Of a DNA stretch of 64,000 nt, positions 38,365 to 49,284 are shown one piece after another. A program made the translations under genes and the position numbers. The first letter of the stretch is position 1, and every line of letters begins with the position of its first letter. A model generated the notes under the pieces. The model saw only the letters and a program-made list of their open reading frames with translations. It did not search any database and had not been told where the DNA came from. The stretch spans positions 33,492-97,491 of IMG/VR virus record IMGVR_UViG_3300028393_000035; one strand, written 5' to 3'. The stretch comes from a virus.

Positions 38365-41300
38365 ACAATTGTCGCGCTTGGCGTCCCTTTAATTGCCAAT
38401 GTTTCAGAAATATTGACCTGCAAGTATGGATTTATGATCCTTAAATTTTTATTATTTAAAGCAATGTAAGAAGTATTGTCATTGGCAGTAAAAGATAATT
38501 TCAAATTGTCCAAAGTTTGAGAACTAAATGTGCAATTGTTGTTCAAACTGATACCAGTATTAAGCAATGATAAATTAACCGCCGTGCTTGAAATTTGAAA
38601 GCCTTTGACCTGTCCGCGCAAAACTTCGGTACCGGAAGTATTTGTATTGCCGTATTTAATTTGTATGTTACTGATAAATCCGCTAGATGCATTTGGAGAA
38701 ACGTTTGCCGTGTCGTTATAAACGTTTAATTTCCAATTATTTGGATACCAATAATTTGAATTTGACAAGGTTACGTTAGATATTCCAGTATCGGCTTGCC
38801 AAGCACCACTTGAGGTAGACAATGGAATAACAAAATTTAATTTATTGTTTGTAACAATAGGAGAAGTTTGATAAGTTGTCCAACCTCTGAAATTTAAAGA
38901 CCCAGATATTGAACCAAGCAAGGGGTTACTCAAAGTGACAGAAGTGCTATTTCTGATTGTTATGGTAGTATTGGTTTGTAATTGACTGCTACCAGTAACA
39001 AGCATTCCATTTGTTAAATTGGCGGTACCAGAAGGAACGCTGAGAATGGTTGAACCCGCGTTTCCCGTGCAACCAGTGGCTACAAAACTATTTGCCCCGC
39101 CATTAGTTGAAGTAATACCAACGCCCGGTGCCCAAATTTTATAGATTCCGTCATATGGCCCGTTATTCGAAGTTGATGTACTTTTATAATAAACTAAATC
39201 GCCTTGAGTATAATAAAGTGAAGGAGTTGATTGGGATCTGTATAATCCGCGATATTTTAACGTTAAGTAATTAAAAATTCCTAGACCGCTACCGCTGGGA
39301 CCACCGTTATCATTACTTGAAATGGTAATTGTGTTATTAGTTGTTGTATCGTTGCTTGGCAAAGAAATATTGACATTAAATTGATATAGATCCGATCCAT
39401 TAACTCCGGCATTAGAATTAGAAAAATCAAATGCCCAATTTTGATATCTGGATCCGCTACTCGTTACTGCTTGAGTAACATTGCTTTGATTTGAATTTGT
39501 AATTAAACTATTTGAATACAATTGAGCGTTACCAAGTTGTTGGTTAAGACCAATTCTCTTACTGTTTAAATTCAGGTCAATATTGGAACTACTTGGGGCA
39601 ATTGTATTCAAATATGTAAACCCATTGTTTTCAGAAACATAGGACGCATCTAATTTGATACCAAACCGATTTGACAAAGGCAAATTTTCCACAAAATTAA
39701 AATCGACTAATTTTGGCATTAAATACACAGCAATGCCATCAGCGGTCACCTTTGGAGAAGTTCTTGTTAAATTTAATAAATAAGAACCGCTGCTGTCGGT
39801 TAATTTTCCATTATACGAAATCATTTCGCTATTGACAACGATTGTGCCAGAGTTAGGAAAGTCGCCATATGTTGATGTTGCTCCCGAATCCAATCTTAAA
39901 GTAGACGAATAACTTCCCGAATTATTACTTGTATTGTCATCAAGCCCCACAACTGGCAAAGATCCGGAAACCCAATAAGTTGTATTTGTTGGCGAATAAC
40001 TGTTTCCTTGTGGAACGGTCCCATTCCAATTTGGAATTGAAGAAATCGTAGTTTTAACTTTATAATAAGCGCTATTGTATCTAACCCAGTCGCCGCCTCT
40101 ATATGTATAATTATTTTGCCAAGTTGAAGCGTTAACACTAGCAGATGTAGAGGCATAGTAACTGCTACCTTGATCTGTAAAGGCAGTGTCCGTAGTTCCG
40201 CCAATTTTCCAGTACCCGGAATATTTGGTTCCGCCTGAATTGATTGATTTATATTTATAAACGTAATATTTTTGAACCGTGTTACTAGTTCCGCTTGTCA
40301 ATGTGGAGTTGGCTGACCAATCAAGTGTAATATTTTTAGAACTAGATGTAGTAATAGTTGAATCGGAATCAGCGGGGTATAACAAAGTTTCTGTTCCATC
40401 TGACAATAGCGCTGAAACAGAATATTGATACGTTCCTGCTACCACGGAACCCGCCGAAGCACTTTCTGAAATGCTTGTGATTCCAATAATTGGGTCACTT
40501 GCGGGGGTAAGGTAGTAAGGAACAATTGCACTTGGTTTGTTATCTAAAACGTATTGATGCGAAACAATGGGATCAGAGTAAATAGTTCCATCGTTTTCAT
40601 TCATTCGGTTTTTAAAATTAGCAATAATATTAAAATTCAAATCAGTTCCTGATATAACTCGATAATCTCCAAGCGCTCCAGACAAATATTTTTTACTTCT
40701 TAATATATAGTTTGAAACCACTGATTCTGAAACCGCAGTCGATGAATCTAAATTGACATCACTATTTGGAACGGCACCTTCTTCAAGGACGACTGGATGA
40801 TTTAAACTTGCGCATTTAATGATCCCGGCAATGGCGTCTGGCACAGAGTCAACAACGTATTGATGTGGACTTATAATATCTACCAACGATTGAATATTAT
40901 TAAACCCAAATCCGTTTCCGGAACCTCCGTCTGCATCTATATAAGTGGTACTAATGGAGATTGGAGTATCTACATCGTATGTACGAATTGCTGATTTCAT
41001 TGCATTAATCCATGCCGTTGCAATAGTCTCGTTTGACCTACCATTTGGCGTAAATGTTAGATACGTAGAGTAAAACATTCCATTTGTTTTATCAAAATAA
41101 TTATTTGTATTGGCCCAAGTAAAGGGACTAGTTATTAAACAATTTTCTGAAGGTCCGTGCGTCGTTATCCCAGATCCGGTAGACAAGGAAATATTATATC
41201 TGCCATTTGAAGTAACCTTGGAGGAACCGGCAATGTCATCTGTTAAAAACAGTACATTACTAGATGCCGGAATATAAGTTCCTGAACTAATAAAATAAGG

Positions 41301-43601
41301 TTTGTTTGGCTGTAATAAACATTTTGCGTATGAGGCAGAACTAAGCGAAGGATTTGTGACCGAGGTCGTTCCTACGACAGAGAAGGTATTTGGTCCGCCA
41401 ATTGAAGTAACTTTAAACGCTCCATTTAAAGCAGAAGGACTGGCCCCTTTAATTACAACGATGTCATCAATTTGTAAATTGTGATCGTTGTTTGTTACAT
41501 AAGTATATTGATTACCATTAACGATGATATTTGATGACAAAAGATTTCTATAATTTGAAACGGTTAAAATACCACTAGCAACAAATGCATGTCCGTAATC
41601 ATTTAAATCAAATTTATTAGAAAACAAGTCTGATGACGAAATAACATTTGTGCTATCAAGCATAAATACAGTATTGTCAAAAAATTCACCAAAGATTAAA
41701 TCTTTAATCGCCGTGTTCCATTTAGAAATTGACCCAATATTGCACGATGTTGTTCCAAAACTATTGGTAATATTATAAGTAGTGCTACCGGATGAAATTG
41801 TTGCAAATTTTTCATAATCTATGATAGAATTTACAATAATTGGCGGTGGTGAACTTGATTCAATTTGCCAATAATCTAAGCAAGCAGATCCTGAATTTAC
41901 GGTTAAATTAATTGTAAATGTATTTGCGCCAGAAGGAACGTTATGTATTCTTTTGACAACCGGTGCAACTACGCCAGATAACGTGTCAATGCCCGATTTT
42001 AAACCTTGGTAATACGTTCGGTCGTTTAATGTTATTTGAGCCGATGCATCTGCGTTATTTTCAACCATAAATCCAATTGCAATTGTTCCACCGGCAAATG
42101 AGTAATCCGTTGAAAATGTAACAGTTTGATTTGTCGTGGTGCGTTGATAGCTACCACCGGAGGCACTAATTTTGCTAATTTGTGTAGATCCCGAAAAATT
42201 GCTAGTTGTAAATTCTGAAACATAACTTGCCCTTAGCCGACTAAATACGACTCTTAATGTTTGAATAAAAAAGTCACTATTGTAGCCATTTGGTGCGCCA
42301 TAAGATAAAAAATCGTTAATTCCAAAATTTACAAAATTAATTCTGTTCCCGTTATAATACGTTGAAGCATAATACTGACTTGCCGCTACACTGTAAGGAT
42401 GCAAAACTTGACCATAACCCAAAGGGATCGTGTTTATCGCACTATCGTCATTTAAATTTGATCCATAAACCCCGTGATTATTTTCAGTTAATCCTAAAGA
42501 TGATGACAAACCTTTTGTATACCTGTTAGAAAGATAAGTCAGTCCCACCAAATTAGTAGTGCCAAAATCGTCTCCACCACCAGTCGAATTATTTACATCT
42601 TTAAGCGCAGCGGTATAATTGCCACCAACAAAACCTGCAATTGTTTTATTTGAAGATTGAGAAGTTTGAAATGTGTCAAACTGATCGGCGAAATTTAAAT
42701 CAATTGTTGCAACGTTAAATGGCGAACCAATAATGTCGCTAATTTGAAGATTGCTAATGTCGGCTAATTTATCAATAAACGAAATATAACTTTGACCGTA
42801 ATTAGTCTCATCAAGATCGGACGGATTGTAGCTACCAAATTGTTGCTTTAAACAACCTAAAAGATGAACGGTGTAGCCAATGATTGTTTCTCCCGCCTCG
42901 TCATAATTTGTATCAAAGTAAAGATCGCTGTATTTTAAATACGCTATTTTTTGCGTACCGTTTCCGTAGTTACCGTTACTAATTAAAGCATAACCTGATT
43001 CGCCAAGTTTGGAAGGAATGTTGGTGCTATAAACATCGATAATATCAAAAGTAAAATCAATAGTTGAGTCATCGTTTGTAACAAAATTAGAAATTGCAAA
43101 ATTGACATCTTGATCAACGGGTTTATTAATCAAATTGTACCAAGCGACAGCGGGGTGACCATTTGTTCTGCGAGCAATTTCTTTCCAAAAATTACTTTGT
43201 ACTAACCATCGGTCGTTTTCGCTTAATTCGGACAACCAAATTGGTTGGTCGCTAATTTTCCAAGTATTTGCTCCAGTTATGATTACATAAAAATCATATT
43301 GAGCCGCAAGATTTAAAAATTGAACAAGTTTATCAAACTGGCTGCTGTTAGGAGTGCTTACATTATTCATAAATTTGTTTATTTGTAAACAAATGCGAAT
43401 AATATTGCTATTAGGCTGAGTACTTTGCATATCGGTTTCAATATATGCAAAACTGTCCGACCACAAATCTTCAAGTAATTGACCTCTTGGCCTAAAGTAA
43501 TTGTGACCCCAAGCAACAAACTGGGAGTTATCATCTTTTTGAATATTCCCAGTTTTATTACCAGACTGGTCTTTTTCTATTTTTAACCTTTGGGTAATCA
43601 T
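38361..43601 (-). CDS. 1746-aa mosaic tail spike/adhesin: split degenerate GH5 barrel + nested degenerate SGNH + beta modules
   Basis: GH5-like WGHNY...WYNLINKP and AIR..D..TPIS...DIISPHQY...PVVLEEG; SGNH-like GGNYT, GIND, DLNDYGH. Confidence 0.7.
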   Translation of the reverse strand: MITQRLKIEKDQSGNKTGNIQKDDNSQFVAWGHNYFRPRGQLLEDLWSDSFAYIETDMQSTQPNSNIIRICLQINKFMNNVSTPNSSQFDKLVQFLNLAAQYDFYVIITGANTWKISDQPIWLSELSENDRWLVQSNFWKEIARRTNGHPAVAWYNLINKPVDQDVNFAISNFVTNDDSTIDFTFDIIDVYSTNIPSKLGESGYALISNGNYGNGTQKIAYLKYSDLYFDTNYDEAGETIIGYTVHLLGCLKQQFGSYNPSDLDETNYGQSYISFIDKLADISNLQISDIIGSPFNVATIDLNFADQFDTFQTSQSSNKTIAGFVGGNYTAALKDVNNSTGGGDDFGTTNLVGLTYLSNRYTKGLSSSLGLTENNHGVYGSNLNDDSAINTIPLGYGQVLHPYSVAASQYYASTYYNGNRINFVNFGINDFLSYGAPNGYNSDFFIQTLRVVFSRLRASYVSEFTTSNFSGSTQISKISASGGSYQRTTTNQTVTFSTDYSFAGGTIAIGFMVENNADASAQITLNDRTYYQGLKSGIDTLSGVVAPVVKRIHNVPSGANTFTINLTVNSGSACLDYWQIESSSPPPIIVNSIIDYEKFATISSGSTTYNITNSFGTTSCNIGSISKWNTAIKDLIFGEFFDNTVFMLDSTNVISSSDLFSNKFDLNDYGHAFVASGILTVSNYRNLLSSNIIVNGNQYTYVTNNDHNLQIDDIVVIKGASPSALNGAFKVTSIGGPNTFSVVGTTSVTNPSLSSASYAKCLLQPNKPYFISSGTYIPASSNVLFLTDDIAGSSKVTSNGRYNISLSTGSGITTHGPSENCLITSPFTWANTNNYFDKTNGMFYSTYLTFTPNGRSNETIATAWINAMKSAIRTYDVDTPISISTTYIDADGGSGNGFGFNNIQSLVDIISPHQYVVDSVPDAIAGIIKCASLNHPVVLEEGAVPNSDVNLDSSTAVSESVVSNYILRSKKYLSGALGDYRVISGTDLNFNIIANFKNRMNENDGTIYSDPIVSHQYVLDNKPSAIVPYYLTPASDPIIGITSISESASAGSVVAGTYQYSVSALLSDGTETLLYPADSDSTITTSSSKNITLDWSANSTLTSGTSNTVQKYYVYKYKSINSGGTKYSGYWKIGGTTDTAFTDQGSSYYASTSASVNASTWQNNYTYRGGDWVRYNSAYYKVKTTISSIPNWNGTVPQGNSYSPTNTTYWVSGSLPVVGLDDNTSNNSGSYSSTLRLDSGATSTYGDFPNSGTIVVNSEMISYNGKLTDSSGSYLLNLTRTSPKVTADGIAVYLMPKLVDFNFVENLPLSNRFGIKLDASYVSENNGFTYLNTIAPSSSNIDLNLNSKRIGLNQQLGNAQLYSNSLITNSNQSNVTQAVTSSGSRYQNWAFDFSNSNAGVNGSDLYQFNVNISLPSNDTTTNNTITISSNDNGGPSGSGLGIFNYLTLKYRGLYRSQSTPSLYYTQGDLVYYKSTSTSNNGPYDGIYKIWAPGVGITSTNGGANSFVATGCTGNAGSTILSVPSGTANLTNGMLVTGSSQLQTNTTITIRNSTSVTLSNPLLGSISGSLNFRGWTTYQTSPIVTNNKLNFVIPLSTSSGAWQADTGISNVTLSNSNYWYPNNWKLNVYNDTANVSPNASSGFISNIQIKYGNTNTSGTEVLRGQVKGFQISSTAVNLSLLNTGISLNNNCTFSSQTLDNLKLSFTANDNTSYIALNNKNLRIINPYLQVNISETLAIKGTPSATIV

Positions 43602-43609
43602 AAAATTAC

Positions 43610-45577
43610 CTATGACGTAGGTACTACATGTTCAAATACTAAGGTAACTGATAGATTTTTAGGTGTGCCGGAAATACCGTAGATGTAAAGTGATATTTCA
43701 TCTTCGTCGGCCATTGATTTAGGAAGATTTAAAGTTGAAGATTGTTTAGTAGTAGTCGCGGTTAAATAGTTTGGACTTAAAGGATTTCCTGAAGTCGCTG
43801 GAGAAATTTGCGTACCATTTTGATTAATCCAAAATTGAACGCCCGTCCCAGACGCAATTTTATAAATAATTTTTACAAGATTAAACGTTGTTTGATTTAC
43901 GGTTTTGGATACAAAAAACGAAGGAATTGCAAGCCCAGTGATAGGATCGCTAGTTATAATGTTACCTTGAATAGCGAAACTTTGAGTAGTTCTGAATGTA
44001 TGCGTATGAGTGCTTAGAGAATAATCCGTGTCTGCGCGAGTTGCGATTGTCCCTAATCCCAAATTAGTTCTTGCACCAGAGGCAGTGGTCGCGTTAGTTC
44101 CGCCATTAGTAATAGGAAGCGCATTAATAACTTTAGAAGTCAAATCTATACCGCCGCTTAACATCGCGTTGGTGATCGCGCCAGTATTAATGTATAGTCC
44201 CGTTGTAGGATCGATTGTGATTCCGGAACCAGCTTTGACCTCAAGGCCGCTGCTCGTTGCCGTTAAAGCCTTGGCAGAGTTATAATTAACGCTAATTCCA
44301 AACGAGCCTACTGTAATAGTTGGATTTGTTGGATTGGCAACAACAGTCAAACCAGACCCATTATCTAATCCGCTAATTGTGGCTAGTTTAGTAGAAATCG
44401 ATCCGCCGCTAATGCTGATGCCATTTCCGGGCGTTAGAGTAACGCTGGAAAATTTATTAAATGAAATTGGCGTTGAATCAATCGTTTCAGTTCCGACATT
44501 ATCGACACTTGCAAACCAAGCCGTACTTGCAAGCGTAGAACCTTTATCGACAAAAACATACGCTCCAACAACATTCTTCTTCCAGTCGGCGTTAGTAGAT
44601 CCGGACATGTCGGTTGCTCTTGTCCAAGACCCTGAGACTGCGACATAAATACCATTTTGCGTTTTATCAGTTTGATCTTTGACGAGAATTCTGTCCACTC
44701 CGGCAATTAGTGAAGATGAACTATCAAGATTTGTTTGAGTAGAGGTGCCACTTAAATTGATGTTACCGGTAGTCGTATATGCAACCGAAGTGTGAACATT
44801 TAGTCCAACCGCAACTCTGTCAACGTATCGTTTATTGACGGCATAATCTCCGGTTGCAGTTTCGGTAATATCTAAAAGATTAGTAATCTTGTGATTATTC
44901 ATTGAAAGATCGTTGTCAATCAATGTGTGAGTATGATTTGCCGTAGCCGCTCCAATATCTGATGGGGCAATCGCATCCGCTCCGCCTGTTGCATGAGTAG
45001 ATTTATGGGCAGTAGGCGTCCGAGAGTTTGAAAGTCTAGAATCAGAGGTTATTACCGCCGTTCCAGTAATTGCAGAAGTAGGAAGTCCGCCGGAAACTAT
45101 CTTTGCACTTGTAACGGATCCGTCAGTTGGTACTCTTTGATTAGTCAGCCTTGAGTCTGAGAGAGGAACATAGGTTGACGCAGCAGTAGTTGTGTCTAAC
45201 TTTTGATTTAAAACCGCCTGAGTTGCTGTAGAAATAGGTTTATCTACATCCGACGTATTATTTACATTATTAATATTTAAATTTAATTTGGCCTCTGGAA
45301 CAGAAACAATGTCTGATAAATTTAAATTAGTTTGTAAGGCTCCGGCAATTCTAGAGTCGTTGTAAGCGGCAACGCCATTTGGACCAACTGTAATTCCTAA
45401 AACCGGATTAGTCGCAGTTCCAGAGTTAATGATTGGAGGAGTAACGCCAGCAACCCAAGAAATAGCGGTAGTTCCGCTAATTGCTACTGCGGTTTTCTGA
45501 CCGTCAGTATGCAGAGACAGTCCTTGCGACTCTTCAACAAGGAGAATCTTTTTAGTGCCGTCTACCTCTAGGTTCAT
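43610..45577 (-). CDS. Tail fibre protein
   Basis: NVNNTSDVDKPISTATQ, HKSTHATGGADAI, DRILVKDQT..QNGIY and GGTNATTASGARTNLGLG motifs. Confidence 0.8.
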   Translation of the reverse strand: MNLEVDGTKKILLVEESQGLSLHTDGQKTAVAISGTTAISWVAGVTPPIINSGTATNPVLGITVGPNGVAAYNDSRIAGALQTNLNLSDIVSVPEAKLNLNINNVNNTSDVDKPISTATQAVLNQKLDTTTAASTYVPLSDSRLTNQRVPTDGSVTSAKIVSGGLPTSAITGTAVITSDSRLSNSRTPTAHKSTHATGGADAIAPSDIGAATANHTHTLIDNDLSMNNHKITNLLDITETATGDYAVNKRYVDRVAVGLNVHTSVAYTTTGNINLSGTSTQTNLDSSSSLIAGVDRILVKDQTDKTQNGIYVAVSGSWTRATDMSGSTNADWKKNVVGAYVFVDKGSTLASTAWFASVDNVGTETIDSTPISFNKFSSVTLTPGNGISISGGSISTKLATISGLDNGSGLTVVANPTNPTITVGSFGISVNYNSAKALTATSSGLEVKAGSGITIDPTTGLYINTGAITNAMLSGGIDLTSKVINALPITNGGTNATTASGARTNLGLGTIATRADTDYSLSTHTHTFRTTQSFAIQGNIITSDPITGLAIPSFFVSKTVNQTTFNLVKIIYKIASGTGVQFWINQNGTQISPATSGNPLSPNYLTATTTKQSSTLNLPKSMADEDEISLYIYGISGTPKNLSVTLVFEHVVPTS

Positions 45578-45963
45578 ACGCCATTAACCTTAATCCCTCC
45601 ATAAAGTAGGGCGTCGGTAACTCCACTAGCGTCAGTGATTGTTAAATCATATACTGCGGTCTTCCAATTAATGATTTTAGTAAAATTAGCCTCAATTTTA
45701 AGCTTTATTTGTCCGGTGCTACTAGAGTCAACAGGTAATTCAATGCTACATCCATCGTCAGATGGATTTGGATTATTGCCAGTTGCCAAAGTTAAATATA
45801 TATTTGTATCATCATTAGGTTTTTGCCTAATGATCATTTCGGCAGTGTATCCAGTAAGATTGCGAGGTTGAGTTCGATCTATTGTTTCATACAATGTCAA
45901 AACTTCAAAGAATGTAGCACCTTTCCAAATAGTAAAAGTGTGCTTATCAGGAATAACGGTCAT
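45574..45963 (-). CDS. BppU/LtfC-like small tail protein
   Basis: GATF...NLTGYTAEM.IR...VYDL...G motif. Confidence 0.7.
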   Translation of the reverse strand: MTVIPDKHTFTIWKGATFFEVLTLYETIDRTQPRNLTGYTAEMIIRQKPNDDTNIYLTLATGNNPNPSDDGCSIELPVDSSSTGQIKLKIEANFTKIINWKTAVYDLTITDASGVTDALLYGGIKVNGV

Positions 45964-46053
45964 GGTAATAATTACAGTTCGTTAAAGCTATAAACTACAG
46001 CCCGATATCTTCAGGCTCAATGATAATATCTTCAATATCTAAATCAATATTCA

Positions 46054-48402
46054 TTAATTAGCTGCCTCCCTTCCTACTTCTGGATTCAATGCCCAAATCT
46101 CTGGTGTGTTAAGCGGGCCGTCCCCAAGTGCCAAAGATTCAATAAGATGTTGCATATGCCTTTGACCGGGACGACCAACAACCTTGTTCTTAGTATCAGG
46201 ATGATGATAAAAAGGCATTAGCATACTAGAGAATGCAGCATCGGCTTTCTTTCTAAAAGGAATAGCGTCCTTAGGATTAGATACACCCTCAAGTCTATCC
46301 CATTGCTTGCCAATTTGCTTGCGCACATCTTTAGTGTCATTAAACCAACTTGGAATAATTGGTTTCTCTGATTTCTTTGATCGATTATCCCAATCAATGC
46401 CGTCATGAGGAACGGGAAGGAGAACGTGCAGGTGATCTTTTGAAGGATGATGACCGGGCATGTGCCTCATAAGATTTTTCAGCCCTCTAGAAAACTGACC
46501 AAGAGGAAGGTGTCCATATCCAGAGGCATCTCTGGCGCCCTGTAATTGACGTTCAGCCTTAAAGTAATCCCTTATTCCCATATCATCTTTTTTATGCCCA
46601 AGAGCCTTTAGAACGTCTGAGTTAATTGACCCAAGTTGGCTTGTATGAGGCGCAAGGAAAAACCAAGCTTCGTCAACTTGATTTGGCTCCATGTCATCAG
46701 TAAAAAATTGTTTCATGAATGAAGATCTAAAGTGATGACCTCTGCCGCCCTGACTAATATCCTCAAGTGCAATTTGAACGATGTCTTTAATGTTCTTGCC
46801 AATGTCAGCGATTGGTTTTACCTGATGAGCAAGCGGCGGAGAATAGATGGCTGAATCAGGATGCTTAGATTCAAAAAACATCTTTTCATTACCAAAATCA
46901 TAATCCTGATTGACCTTGGCATTAGTCATGCGCTTAAGTCTTTTGATAAGGCGCTTAGTTGCCTCACGATGAATGTCATCTGAAGTAGCATCTTCGCCAA
47001 GCTTCTTTTTAGCTTCGCGCTCTTCTTCTGCCTTCATATTTAAAAGATGGTAATCTGCTAAATCGCTAATTTGATTATGCCTTAGTCCGCCACCAATGTT
47101 TTGAATATGACGCTTAAATGGCATCATATAAGGATCAAGTTCTTTATTTGCCTGCAAGTAGCCGCGAGCATTATTGTGTGTATCGCGGGCGTGTGTGAGA
47201 GCATTCCAAATGCGAGCAGGGTCGTCTACTGAGCCGGGAAGATGATGAATTGCCTGATAGTGCTGACCATGACCACGCTCATGCTTACCGGGTTTCAAAA
47301 ATACATTAGCAAAAGCATTACTAACAGCTTGCTCACGGCTTGCATCATCTAATTCATGCCAATTAGATTTAATGCCGTTGGTCATATCAGTGAGACCGCG
47401 AGCATTAAGTGGATCAACCATTTCACCATCGGCATTACGAATGCGATGCCAATTATAAGCATTATTCTCTGCTGGAATAATGCCAGTTTCATAACCGTCA
47501 TTTGGATCAATTAAATTATCAAATGATGAACGTTTATCAAAGTTTGCATCATTAGGAATTTTAGCCATAGGGCCGGGGACAATGGTTTGTGAAGGATGAA
47601 CCGGATGATGATAAGGCTCAGGTGCTTCAGGGTTGTCAAAAATCTTTAGGAATGCAATCTTCTGCTGAGAGTAAGATCCGTAATAAGAATTAAATGCACC
47701 CTGACCAATGACTTCAGTAAACAATGCCTTTTGAGCAGTATAAGTCAGTAGTGGGGCGTGTGCTTGAAATGCCCTGTTAATACCAAACCAAGACCAATCG
47801 CCGCCAGAGGCACCGTGACCTAGAATGTCATGAGCAATACGAAAATCTATAACTTGGTTAATGCTCCAAAGGGGATGAGAAGCATTGGCCCTTGAAACAG
47901 TGAAATGACCCTTTTGAGTAATATCTTCGGCCATCTCTGAAAAAGTTTTATAAGGAAGTGGATCATCAGTAATTTCAATCTCAATCTCGCCTTGAATGAT
48001 CTCTACACGACGACGACAATCCTCTGCAAGTTCAGTCCAAGCAGAAGCTGCTTTCTTGTCATACATTTTAGCGTCAGCGTATTCATGCGCAATGGCTTCT
48101 TGAAGATCAATGTATGAATCGTGCCAAGCTGCCGCTCTTGCGTTCATGGGCATACGAAAGCTATGAAGGCGCTGAATCATATGCAGAAGGTTGCCAGCGG
48201 CTGTCTGCTGAGTGTTGCCAGTAGCTTCTAGCTTTTCGCCATGAACACTAGTAGCTTTGACCTTATAGCCATCTTTTTTATAATCGGAAGTATTATCTAC
48301 CTCCCACCCAAGATTCTGAATCTCATTCAGAATCTCAGGCAGGGGCGTAGTAATCCCAACAAAGGCGGAAGTAACATCAATAAATTTGATGTCTTCCCAC
48401 AT
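46054..48402 (-). CDS. 782-aa protein with FRxxHDxxGH domain
   Basis: HPLW...FRIAHDILGH...ALFTEV.GQ motif recalled from large phage head-associated/polyvalent proteins. Confidence 0.6.
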   Translation of the reverse strand: MWEDIKFIDVTSAFVGITTPLPEILNEIQNLGWEVDNTSDYKKDGYKVKATSVHGEKLEATGNTQQTAAGNLLHMIQRLHSFRMPMNARAAAWHDSYIDLQEAIAHEYADAKMYDKKAASAWTELAEDCRRRVEIIQGEIEIEITDDPLPYKTFSEMAEDITQKGHFTVSRANASHPLWSINQVIDFRIAHDILGHGASGGDWSWFGINRAFQAHAPLLTYTAQKALFTEVIGQGAFNSYYGSYSQQKIAFLKIFDNPEAPEPYHHPVHPSQTIVPGPMAKIPNDANFDKRSSFDNLIDPNDGYETGIIPAENNAYNWHRIRNADGEMVDPLNARGLTDMTNGIKSNWHELDDASREQAVSNAFANVFLKPGKHERGHGQHYQAIHHLPGSVDDPARIWNALTHARDTHNNARGYLQANKELDPYMMPFKRHIQNIGGGLRHNQISDLADYHLLNMKAEEEREAKKKLGEDATSDDIHREATKRLIKRLKRMTNAKVNQDYDFGNEKMFFESKHPDSAIYSPPLAHQVKPIADIGKNIKDIVQIALEDISQGGRGHHFRSSFMKQFFTDDMEPNQVDEAWFFLAPHTSQLGSINSDVLKALGHKKDDMGIRDYFKAERQLQGARDASGYGHLPLGQFSRGLKNLMRHMPGHHPSKDHLHVLLPVPHDGIDWDNRSKKSEKPIIPSWFNDTKDVRKQIGKQWDRLEGVSNPKDAIPFRKKADAAFSSMLMPFYHHPDTKNKVVGRPGQRHMQHLIESLALGDGPLNTPEIWALNPEVGREAAN

Positions 48403-48767
48403 TAGTACCTCTTACCGTGCCTATGCGGGCGCTTTTTGTTTTTCTTAATCTTTTCGGTAATTGAATTACCAATATCAAGGCCAAGACCACCAGCAAGATC
48501 AAGAGTACGAATAACAATATCCGCAAGCTCCTCTGTAAAATCCTGCTCTTGCTGTGCAGTCATGTAATTAAAGTTTGGCCCTTCAATGCCTTCATATTCC
48601 TCACGATGAACCTTAAGGGCCTCGCTCACTTCGTCCCCAATAAGGGCAAGCTTAACTGGAACAATGGCAAAAGGACTAATATCCTCAATATGCCAAAAGC
48701 CCTTCTCATCTGAAATCTCGCAAACTTCTGCGGCCAACTCATTAATCTTCTTACCTAACTTTGACAT
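48402..48767 (-). CDS. MazG-like nucleotide pyrophosphohydrolase
   Basis: KLALIGDEVSEAL...EELADIVIR.LDL...K..KN..RP.RHGKRY. Confidence 0.85.
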   Translation of the reverse strand: MSKLGKKINELAAEVCEISDEKGFWHIEDISPFAIVPVKLALIGDEVSEALKVHREEYEGIEGPNFNYMTAQQEQDFTEELADIVIRTLDLAGGLGLDIGNSITEKIKKNKKRPHRHGKRY

Positions 48768-49057
48768 TACATTCCTTCCATGGGCACGGGTTGCCCATAG
48801 TGTAGCTGATTAAAATTAAAATCATCCGGGGCAATTGGCTCCGAATCATCGCCCCTAAGGGCATCCATTACTTTACGAACCAAATAGGGATCATCAACAG
48901 CATCATGATCCTTATCTGTCAGTCTCCATCCTCCATCAATACGATAAACATAACCTTGTTGATCGCATTCTTGATTGCCATCAATATAAGCCTCATCCAT
49001 ATAAGGATCATAGGCCCAATGATGGTAAATCTTGTGCTGTTCAGGAATTTCCTTCAT
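48767..49057 (-). CDS. Hypothetical protein
   Basis: Tightly packed ORF. Confidence 0.6.
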   Translation of the reverse strand: MKEIPEQHKIYHHWAYDPYMDEAYIDGNQECDQQGYVYRIDGGWRLTDKDHDAVDDPYLVRKVMDALRGDDSEPIAPDDFNFNQLHYGQPVPMEGM

Positions 49058-49058
49058 A

Positions 49059-49283
49059 CTAATTATTTGCTAGCTTTTCAGCCTTTTCATAATTAGCAAG
49101 AGCAAGATGACGAAGACCTGTTGAATTAATTACTTCATCAAACATCTTACCACATGATTCGCACTTGTAATAGTACTTATGAGTAGTAAGAACATAATCA
49201 TACTTTTTACTTGAATAAACTTCATTAGAGTGCGGCGTTAAATCCTCGCCGCACTCTAGACAACAAAACTTGCCATTAGACAT
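49059..49283 (-). CDS. Zn-ribbon protein
   Basis: CLEC...CESC. Confidence 0.6.
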   Translation of the reverse strand: MSNGKFCCLECGEDLTPHSNEVYSSKKYDYVLTTHKYYYKCESCGKMFDEVINSTGLRHLALANYEKAEKLANN

Positions 49284-49284
49284 A

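Noticed and set aside
45995-46054. 19-aa acidic peptide MNIDLDIEDIIIEPEDIGL
   Set aside because: TAATG coupling is suggestive but it is too short to support without homologues.
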